Assembly (NCBI GenBank): GCA_964638895.1
Contig: CAZWYY010000001.1
Location: forward strand, 28,088-92,087
Length of the DNA: 64,000 bases
Direction: 5' to 3'
Source of the DNA: an uncultured Spirochaetaceae bacterium
GTDB lineage: Bacteria > Spirochaetota > Spirochaetia > SZUA-6 > RPPD01
Shown here: positions 56,562-64,000 of the stretch, piece by piece
How the letters are laid out: every line of letters starts with the position of its first letter
Position numbering within the stretch: the stretch's first letter is position 1
The notes under the pieces: model-generated
Databases searched by the model: none
Told to the model about the DNA's origin: nothing
Seen by the model: the letters and a program-made list of their open reading frames with translations, nothing else
Program-made: the position numbers and the translations under genes

Positions 56562-57369
56562 AGAAAGCTTGACCCGGTATTATCACAATTATAATACCAT
56601 TACCACCTCGCTGGGCGGGATTGTGGACGGGAAGATTGAGTTTTGCGGATATGACGTAATAAACGAACTGGCGGAAAATTTCACGCAGACCGAGGCCTTT
56701 CTGCTCTGGGCTTTGGGAAGAAGGCCCACCGCTATGGAAACAAAACTTATCGATACATTAATCTGCCTGAATATCTATCCGGATATACGCATCTGGAGTA
56801 TCAGGGTCGGCGCGTACGCGGCCGCGTGCGGTTCTCCGTTATCATCCTCTGTGGGAGCAGCGCATGTTGCGGCTAACTCAAAACTGTTTGCCGTGGCGGC
56901 CTCTCTTGCCTGTAAACGCTTTTTGGAGAAGCTAAAGCGGGATTCTCTAAGCACACCGCTTGAGAGGCTAATTGAGGAATATGTCAACAAGCGCGTTTTT
57001 TTCCCCGGCTTCGGCAGGCCTTTGATCCAAGGTCCCGATGAACGGTACCTAAAACTTAGTGAGTTGTTAAAGGAATGGGATTATCCGCCGGGTGAGTACA
57101 CACGATTACTTTTTAAAGCAGCCCCGCTCATCCAAAAGTATAAGAAAATTTACCCCAATTATGCCGCTTTATTTGTTACATTGGTAATGGATAAACCATT
57201 TTGTTTTGATGAAGGAAAAATAGCAATCATGGCCCATTATATGATAAGCCTGCCCTCTTATCTGTCGGCAAATGAGATCCGTGGGAAAGAACAGGGTTTT
57301 TCCCTGCTCCCGTTGAAGATAAGCGATATTTTGTACACGGGAAAGGCTAAAAGGGAGTTTGAATCTTGA
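56530..57369 (+). CDS. citrate-synthase-fold protein 2 (paralog, catalytic His apparently substituted)
   Basis: GYDVINELAENFTQTEAFLLWALGRRPT ~ CS RGYDIEDLAEN...LLLNGELPT; LNIYPD ~ LHADHE; GFGRPLI ~ GFGHRVY with His to Arg; start overlaps upstream gene by 32 nt (alternative ATG 56491). Confidence 0.55.
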   Translation: MKKEEQVKTDKESLTRYYHNYNTITTSLGGIVDGKIEFCGYDVINELAENFTQTEAFLLWALGRRPTAMETKLIDTLICLNIYPDIRIWSIRVGAYAAACGSPLSSSVGAAHVAANSKLFAVAASLACKRFLEKLKRDSLSTPLERLIEEYVNKRVFFPGFGRPLIQGPDERYLKLSELLKEWDYPPGEYTRLLFKAAPLIQKYKKIYPNYAALFVTLVMDKPFCFDEGKIAIMAHYMISLPSYLSANEIRGKEQGFSLLPLKISDILYTGKAKREFES

Positions 57370-60300
57370 AGAAAAACCATGCCTTGCTTGCGGAAAAATA
57401 TCTTCTTAAAAAAAAGACCGCGGGAAGCGAGATAAGTGAAATCTGGCTGGCGGAGGATATTATCACCCACAACAGGGTGGTTGTTAAAAGGATACCGGAA
57501 TCTAAGAGAAGCAGGAACATTGAGAATCTCCTTCGTTTTAACAAAGAGATCAGTATTCTGAAAAAACTGCGTCATGAGAACATAGTGGAAATATATGATT
57601 TCGGTGAAAGCCGGGGCGGTAATTATATCGCCATGGAATACGTAGAAGGGCAGAGCCTGGTCGATTTTCTTAAGGACCGGGGAGGACTGGATATACCGCT
57701 TTTCCTGAATATCGCCATTCCCCTGAGTGAAACACTGGCCTTTATTCATAAACAAAATATGATCCACGGCGACATTAAGCCCGGCAATATAATCGTTACC
57801 AAGAAAGGAAAAGAGATCGGGATCAAACTGCTTGATTTCGGCGTCGCGTTACTGAAGGACCTGGACAGTGTCTACAGGTCTCATATCTCCGATACCTTCG
57901 CGTATATGTCCCCCGAACAAAGCGGCGTATTGAAGAGACCCGTAGATCTGCGCAGCGACCTTTATTCCCTGGGAGTATTGTTTTACCGTATGCTGTCAGG
58001 AGAGCTCCCTTACACGCACACCGATATATATTCCCTCATTCATATGCATATAGCCTCCGAACCCCGTTCTTTACGCGCTTTTAATCCCCGGATTCCGGAA
58101 ATTCTGGAAAAGGTCATAGATAAGCTGCTGCAAAAAGAATTAAGCGATAGGTATGCCAATACGAACATCCTGGTCAGGGATCTAAGAAATATCAGGAGGG
58201 GAACTGCGGGAGAACCCGAAGTACTGGATTTTATACCGGGTGTTTCGGACCAGCCTGAAATATCCAGAGAACATATAAACTTTGTCGGCCGTCCCTACGA
58301 ACTTAGATATTTAAGATCATTGTATGAGCAAACTCAAAAGGGCAGGGGTAAAATTGTACTGATCAGCGGGGATCCCGGCGTCGGGAAAACCAGGTTACAG
58401 GAAGAATTGAAGGAGTACGCCTTTGTATCCGGCGGAATTTGTGTGAGCTCTGAGTTTGAGGAGATGGAAAACCCACTGCCCTATCATGGATTTATCCGCT
58501 GTATAGATAATTTTATCGACATAATGGAGATGTTTTCCAAAGACAAATCCCTGGCCATTAAAGACGCCATCAACCGCTGCCTGGGCAAGATAGGGCCGTT
58601 ATTCGTCGGAATGATACCCGGGCTCGGCGGTTTTGTTTCCAAAGATACTTCAATAAAACAGTTGGAAGGCGAACAGGAAAAAATCAGGTTTGAAAATCTT
58701 TTCATTAATTTATTGGGCAGCCTGGGAAAGCACCTGCCGGCGGTTGTGTTTTTTATCGACAACATACAATGGGCGGATAGCGGTACATTGAGCCTGCTTC
58801 TGAAATTGGCAACCGTAAAGAAACTTGAGAATATATTGTATGTGCTGGCCTGCCGGGAGAAAACGGAGGGAAAAGCAGCGGGGCCTTTGGAAGCATTATT
58901 TAAGCAGGATAATATCCATCGTTTAAAAATAGGTAATCTTAGTCATGATGACGTGGAACAAGTTGTCTTCCGCATGCTGGGAGATGAAAACAGCCTTTTG
59001 AAACGACTCGCCGAAATAATTTACCGGAAAACCGCAGGCAATGCCTTTTTTGTAAAGGAGTTCATCCAGTCGCTTCTTCGTGACGAAATGATCAAATACC
59101 GGGACGGTTGGCGGTTGGACTACGATACGATTAATGTGCTTCCCTACACCCGCAATGTGGCTGATATAATTTTGAACTCCGTAAACCGGCTTTCGGAAGA
59201 GGAGCGCGATGTACTGGCCAAGGGAGCGGTGTACGGAAAGGAATTCGAATACTCATATCTGTCCCAATGTTTCCCTGAACTGAAAAACGATACTATATTC
59301 CAGGCCATTGAGAACGCCAAGAAAAACAACATTATTATTTCCAGCGGGCAATCACTCTATTTCAGCCATGATATCGTGCATGCGGTTTTTTATAATAAAA
59401 TTCCCCTGAGTACACGCAGAAAACACCACGAGAGTATTGCGCGCTACCTGGAAAGCGCGAATGGTCGCATGGGCGACTCCGTGTATAAAATTCTGTATCA
59501 TTTTCAGAACTCCGGCAACAGCCTGAAAACAGGAGAATACCTCATCAAGGCCGGTGAACTGGCTCAAAACAGGAACAGTCACGGGGACGCGGTTCGTTTC
59601 TTTTCCCTTGCCGTTAAAAACCCGAAGTATGCCGGGTCGGGCGCCCTGCACCAAAGGCTGGCCGAGTCCCTGAAACACATCGGCAATTACAAGGAATCAC
59701 AGAGGCATTTTGAGACCGCCCTGTCCCTGATTGAAAACCCCGAAGACAAGATCGAATTATATGAAAAAATGAGTTACAGTCTGGTGGCGGACGGTCATTA
59801 TGAAGAGGCCATCCTGATACTAAAACACGCGCTTTCACTGCTGAGGGAAAGAGTACCGGGAAGCAGACCGCTGCTTGCCTCGAGGCTCCTGAAGGAGATC
59901 CTTATCCAATACGTTCACTCGATTTTTCCCTATTTGTTCAGAAAGCAGGGCATTGCGGAGAAGGAAAACAGAAAATTCAAGAAGCAGATCCTGTTTCAAA
60001 TGATCGGCTGGGTGTGTTTGTGGGCGATTAAAAGGGAGCTTTTAATCTACTCCCATTTTAAGGCCCTTAACCTGTGCGACAGGGCGGGGATAAGCGAGGA
60101 AGGAGTGGAGCTGCTGCTTACCCATTGCGCGGTGCTCGGGTCCATGGGCGGCCCTCCCCTGTTGGTGAAAAAATTCTATAGGAGGATCTGGCGTTTTCTG
60201 CGGCGAATAGAACAGTATATAAAATTATTGCCGAATCCGTCCCTGGTAAAAGCCCTGTACCTGGCTGTGTGTGCGGGTGTTGAATTGAATGAGTCCTCAT

Positions 60301-63239
60301 ACGACAAGGCGATAAACGCATTGAAGATCCTGCGGGAACAGCATACGGTGACCTACCTGCAGGAGATAAGCAACTGCTCTGCCCAGGTTTTCGAATTTCT
60401 GGGACGCTTCGATACGCTGGGCGAGCTTTCCGAGGAGGTCAGGTCAAAAGGAGAACTGTTCGGCAACAGGCTGTTGATAAGTATCGGCGACCTTTTTGCG
60501 GGAATCGCCGCGTTTTATCTGGGCAGAACCAATGAGGCGATCGGACTCCTGGAAGCGGCGCTTTCCGAGTTTACACGCGTTTCGGATAAGGTGAACCTGC
60601 AGTATACGTGCCTGTTTCTGGTAAAAGCATACGCACGAAAAGGAAGTTACCAGAAGGTTGAAGAGTACTTCAACCTGTCTCTTGATGTTATAAACACGGA
60701 ACACCAGGCACATGCCATGGTCATCTCACGAATATTCCCCTTTTATCTTGAGTCCTTATTGGAGAAGTTTATCAGGTACGCTGATAATGAAAGGGAAAAG
60801 CGGCAGCGTGTGCGCCTGGCCCGGCGCTATTATAACAAATGCGCGGTCCTGGCCCGGACCTATGAGTGTCAGAGAGGGATATTCTATCGCCTTTCGGCGC
60901 TTTATGCCTGGCGCGTGGAAGACAACCGTAAAAAGGCCCGGCGCATATTCAAACAGGGGATGATGTTTTTTGAACAAAGCCCGGAACTTTACACCAAGGC
61001 CATGTTTTTATACACCTATGGCGAGTTTCTGACGGTAACCGAACCGCGCAGGGCCACGGAGATGCTTGAGCGCGCGTACCTGGAGTTCGACAAATGCGGG
61101 GCAACCTTTGAAATGCGTAAAATTGAACGGCTTCTGCAGGAGCTTATTGAGGAGGCCGGCGGCATGCATAACGGTAAAACAGCATCCGGCCTGCAGGAGC
61201 TGCCGATAAAAACCGGCAGTTTTACCATGAGCAGGGAACTGGATACGGTCATAGACATAGGCAAGAAGATCAATATTATTCATGACATCGATTTATTAAT
61301 GGAAGAAATTTTAAATCATGCCATCCAGCTTGTGGGCGCCGAACAGGGCGAGTTGTTTCTCTATGAAAACAATAAACTTGTATCCAAATATCATGTGGGT
61401 CTGCAGGACATGGAAAAAATCCCCGCCAGTTCGGGTGTGATTTCAAAGGTGGACAACTCCAATATGCCCATGGTAATCTCCGATGCGGGTATCGACTCGT
61501 TGCTGCGCCACGATCCCCAGGTGGTGAAATACGGTTTAAAGTCGATTTTATGCGTGCCCCTGTTAAGCAGGGATAAAAGAATAGGCCTGCTTTACCTGTG
61601 CAATCATTTGGTGGGGGGCCTATTCAGTGAGCATGAGCTTGATTTACTGAACGCCATGGCCGGGCAGGCGGCGATCGTCCTGGAGAACTCGCTGCTTTTT
61701 CGTGAGACGAAAAAACTTCAGATATACCTGAACAGCATAATCGATTCCATGCCCACCGCGCTTATCGCCCTTGACCCGGGCGGTAAGGTGACGTATATAA
61801 ACGCGGCGGCCAAAACCTATTTTTCCGAACTCCAGGATGTGGCCCCCGACAGCAACCTGTGGCAGACTGTTCCGTTATTAAAGAAATACCAAAACGCCTT
61901 TGAGCAGGTAATAAACGAGAACAGGCTGATTGAGTACGCAAAGGAACCTATTAAAAAGCAGTATTGGACGGTTACGATCTTTCCCCTGGTATCGGAAGAG
62001 ATAAGCGGGGCGGTGGTTAAAATAAACAACATCACCGAACAGGAGAAAATCCAGCAGCACCTGATCCAGGCACAGAAGATGGAGGCCGTAGGTACGCTGG
62101 TGGGAGGTTTGGCCCATGACTTTAATAATATTCTGGGCGGAATTCTCGCCACCATCACCTTCCTTAACCATGGCATCCTGCCTTCCAAAGAGACCTTTAC
62201 CCGCGCTGATTTTGAGGAAGAGTTCAGGATGATCACCCAGTTGGTGGAGCGCGCATCTAATCTGGTGCAGCAGCTTTTAACAATATCCATGCGCAAGGAC
62301 GTAAAATTCATCGCCTTTGACCTGAACGACGCCGTAAATCATGTGGTGAAAATCTGCCGCAAATCATTCGACAAGAGCATCGAGTTCGACATCTCCTCTC
62401 ACCCGGAGTCGGCTCCCATTCTGGCCGACCCGGCCCAGTTGGAGCAGGTGATCCTTAACCTGTGCATCAACGCCTCGCACGCCATGACCCTTATGCGGCC
62501 CAAAAATGAAAAATGGGGCGGTACGCTTAAAATAAGCACTAAAAAGGTCACACTCTATAAATCCGTGGGCAATGGGGTTGAGGACGCGGCCCGGGGGGAT
62601 TACTGGTGCCTTTCCATAGAGGATACGGGCGTGGGAATGGATGAGAACACGGTGAAAAAGGTGTTTGAGCCGTTTTTTTCCACCAAGGATCCGGGTAAGG
62701 GTACGGGTTTGGGCCTGGCCATGGTATACAGTATAATCCGGCGTTTCAACGGGCACATCAATGTGTATTCGGAACCCGGGCAGGGATCCATTTTCCACGT
62801 GTACCTGCCCGTAAAACCGGCGAAGATGGTGAAAACCCAAATAATCGAGACCACAAAAAGGATATACTATGGTGAGGGCACCGCCCTGGTGATCGAAGAC
62901 GAGGATGTGATCAGAAAATCAGTGGAGAAAATACTTAAATCCGCCGGCTATAATGTCCTGAGCGCGGTAAACGGCGCCCAGGGTCTGGACCACTTTAAAA
63001 AACATCATAAAGACATATCCGTTGTACTCCTGGATATGGTGATGCCCAAAGAATCAGGAAAGCAGGTGTTTATTGAGATGCGTAAGATAAATCCCGAGGT
63101 GCGGGTGATTCTCATGTCCGGTTTCCGCAAGGATCAACGCGTGCAGGAGGTACTGACGATGGGGGTTAAAAGCTTTTTGCAAAAACCGTTTAACCAGGAC
63201 GAACTGCTTTCCACGGTCGAAAAAACTCTACTTGACTGA
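57366..63239 (+). CDS. giant multidomain signalling protein: Ser/Thr kinase - STAND/AAA NTPase - TPR - GAF - PAS - HisKA - HATPase - REC
   Basis: kinase motifs VVVKRI, HGDIKPGNI, DFG, SPE; Walker A ISGDPGVGKT; TPR-like helical region; GAF; H-box LAHDFNNIL; HATPase G-boxes; C-terminal receiver; TTG start overlapping upstream TGA. Confidence 0.85.
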   Translation: MKKNHALLAEKYLLKKKTAGSEISEIWLAEDIITHNRVVVKRIPESKRSRNIENLLRFNKEISILKKLRHENIVEIYDFGESRGGNYIAMEYVEGQSLVDFLKDRGGLDIPLFLNIAIPLSETLAFIHKQNMIHGDIKPGNIIVTKKGKEIGIKLLDFGVALLKDLDSVYRSHISDTFAYMSPEQSGVLKRPVDLRSDLYSLGVLFYRMLSGELPYTHTDIYSLIHMHIASEPRSLRAFNPRIPEILEKVIDKLLQKELSDRYANTNILVRDLRNIRRGTAGEPEVLDFIPGVSDQPEISREHINFVGRPYELRYLRSLYEQTQKGRGKIVLISGDPGVGKTRLQEELKEYAFVSGGICVSSEFEEMENPLPYHGFIRCIDNFIDIMEMFSKDKSLAIKDAINRCLGKIGPLFVGMIPGLGGFVSKDTSIKQLEGEQEKIRFENLFINLLGSLGKHLPAVVFFIDNIQWADSGTLSLLLKLATVKKLENILYVLACREKTEGKAAGPLEALFKQDNIHRLKIGNLSHDDVEQVVFRMLGDENSLLKRLAEIIYRKTAGNAFFVKEFIQSLLRDEMIKYRDGWRLDYDTINVLPYTRNVADIILNSVNRLSEEERDVLAKGAVYGKEFEYSYLSQCFPELKNDTIFQAIENAKKNNIIISSGQSLYFSHDIVHAVFYNKIPLSTRRKHHESIARYLESANGRMGDSVYKILYHFQNSGNSLKTGEYLIKAGELAQNRNSHGDAVRFFSLAVKNPKYAGSGALHQRLAESLKHIGNYKESQRHFETALSLIENPEDKIELYEKMSYSLVADGHYEEAILILKHALSLLRERVPGSRPLLASRLLKEILIQYVHSIFPYLFRKQGIAEKENRKFKKQILFQMIGWVCLWAIKRELLIYSHFKALNLCDRAGISEEGVELLLTHCAVLGSMGGPPLLVKKFYRRIWRFLRRIEQYIKLLPNPSLVKALYLAVCAGVELNESSYDKAINALKILREQHTVTYLQEISNCSAQVFEFLGRFDTLGELSEEVRSKGELFGNRLLISIGDLFAGIAAFYLGRTNEAIGLLEAALSEFTRVSDKVNLQYTCLFLVKAYARKGSYQKVEEYFNLSLDVINTEHQAHAMVISRIFPFYLESLLEKFIRYADNEREKRQRVRLARRYYNKCAVLARTYECQRGIFYRLSALYAWRVEDNRKKARRIFKQGMMFFEQSPELYTKAMFLYTYGEFLTVTEPRRATEMLERAYLEFDKCGATFEMRKIERLLQELIEEAGGMHNGKTASGLQELPIKTGSFTMSRELDTVIDIGKKINIIHDIDLLMEEILNHAIQLVGAEQGELFLYENNKLVSKYHVGLQDMEKIPASSGVISKVDNSNMPMVISDAGIDSLLRHDPQVVKYGLKSILCVPLLSRDKRIGLLYLCNHLVGGLFSEHELDLLNAMAGQAAIVLENSLLFRETKKLQIYLNSIIDSMPTALIALDPGGKVTYINAAAKTYFSELQDVAPDSNLWQTVPLLKKYQNAFEQVINENRLIEYAKEPIKKQYWTVTIFPLVSEEISGAVVKINNITEQEKIQQHLIQAQKMEAVGTLVGGLAHDFNNILGGILATITFLNHGILPSKETFTRADFEEEFRMITQLVERASNLVQQLLTISMRKDVKFIAFDLNDAVNHVVKICRKSFDKSIEFDISSHPESAPILADPAQLEQVILNLCINASHAMTLMRPKNEKWGGTLKISTKKVTLYKSVGNGVEDAARGDYWCLSIEDTGVGMDENTVKKVFEPFFSTKDPGKGTGLGLAMVYSIIRRFNGHINVYSEPGQGSIFHVYLPVKPAKMVKTQIIETTKRIYYGEGTALVIEDEDVIRKSVEKILKSAGYNVLSAVNGAQGLDHFKKHHKDISVVLLDMVMPKESGKQVFIEMRKINPEVRVILMSGFRKDQRVQEVLTMGVKSFLQKPFNQDELLSTVEKTLLD

Positions 63240-63291
63240 TGCCTTTAATTAAATTTAAATGAGTAATACCTATGTGGAGAAGGAGTTTTTT

Positions 63292-63717
63292 ATGAAAGCA
63301 TTGAAAATGGGTTTTTTATTTCTGTGTCTGATCTTTCTGGTGAACGCCGGCTTGTTTGCCGATCTCTCCAAGTATTTCGGCATCTGGCGGAATGTTGATC
63401 TTGACGGCGGCATTACCAGGGTAGATATCGCAAAAAGCGGGAACAAGCTGATGGTTCACGTCTGGGGGAAATGCCATCCAAAGGACTGTGACTGGGGTAA
63501 GGTGGTCGCATATCCCTATTCGCCGAGTGTGGGGCAGAATATGACCGGCGACACACAAGCAATTACCGCAATATACGACACGGATTTCAGCCAGTCAATC
63601 CTGGTGATCCGCTTAAGCGGTAGACGCCTGGAGGTGGAGGTGTTTACCCGCTTTACCGACGGCAGCGGCCGCAACAACTACACCAAGGCGCATTCTTTTA
63701 ATAAAAGCAGAAAGTAA
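63292..63717 (+). CDS. small secreted beta-rich hypothetical protein
   Basis: AGGAG RBS 8 nt upstream of ATG 63292; signal peptide MKALKMGFLFLCLIFLVNAGLFA; 2 Cys. Confidence 0.55.
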   Translation: MKALKMGFLFLCLIFLVNAGLFADLSKYFGIWRNVDLDGGITRVDIAKSGNKLMVHVWGKCHPKDCDWGKVVAYPYSPSVGQNMTGDTQAITAIYDTDFSQSILVIRLSGRRLEVEVFTRFTDGSGRNNYTKAHSFNKSRK

Positions 63718-63929
63718 CTTGAAGTCTTTGTGAAGCGGGCTGAGGCTTGCGGAAGAAATTCACGTAAGCGGCCGCCGGGGTCAGTGGGCCGCCGCCGGAC
63801 CGGTAAACGTCAATCCGGGTGTATTTAAGAAAATGTGCTGGACACAACCTGTAATTTTGGGTACAAAAAAATCAGGCAAAAATTCAATTCTAAAAACCTA
63901 TCCGAAGAAGTGGGAAAAAGCGGGAGCCT

Positions 63930-64000
63930 ATGAAAAAGCGATATTTAGAATTGAAGGACCTCATTCTTTCTTTTCCCCGGATTGCGCATGACAAGGGGAA
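63930..64000 (+). CDS. 5' end of an unidentified gene (partial)
   Basis: GGGAG RBS then ATG 63930 (MKKRYLELKDLILSFPRIAHDKG...), runs off the window. Confidence 0.3.
   Translation, partial: MKKRYLELKDLILSFPRIAHDKG

Noticed and set aside
55740-57369. Possibility that the two citrate-synthase-like ORFs are one gene split by a frameshift (pseudogene)
   Set aside because: Each ORF independently contains the LLxGELP-like, LHADHE-like and GFGx motifs in the correct order, so they are tandem paralogs rather than halves of one protein

Overview
This 64 kb window is a gene-dense chromosomal segment of about 50% GC, most likely from a spirochete. The main pointers are an archaeal-type two-subunit Phe-tRNA synthetase (long PheS plus 565-aa PheT), fliS and an FlgN-like gene, many lipoprotein-type signal peptides and a SPOR protein. 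Housekeeping genes present are radA, tRNA-Leu(GAG), folC, pheST, eno, polA, coaE, rplM-rpsI, recX, cysE, cobO and mntH. I found no integrase, transposase, CRISPR array or rRNA. Accessory content is unusually signalling-rich: HD-GYP, REC-PAS-GGDEF(degenerate)-EAL, a hybrid HK, a 7TMR-DISM chemoreceptor, orphan response regulators next to an acylphosphatase, and a 1957-aa Ser/Thr-kinase-STAND-TPR-GAF-PAS-HisKA-HATPase-REC protein. Structurally notable items are a PBP1C / alpha-2-macroglobulin (CxEQ thioester) lipoprotein pair and a run of M20/M29/M28 metallopeptidases. The most likely undescribed system is a four-gene translationally coupled operon at 53.9-63.2 kb. It runs from an ALS-like TPP enzyme through two tandem citrate-synthase-fold paralogs whose catalytic His residues appear substituted, into the giant kinase/HK by a TTG/TGA overlap. 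A second oddity is a 330-nt divergent intergenic region (36.25-36.59 kb) carrying two A-tract/hairpin/T-tract terminator-like structures with no gene to terminate (candidate sRNA or ferredoxin leader attenuator). An inverted array of AGATTT/AAATCT hexamers sits upstream of radA. All calls are from reading the sequence and ORF translations only; no database searches were run.
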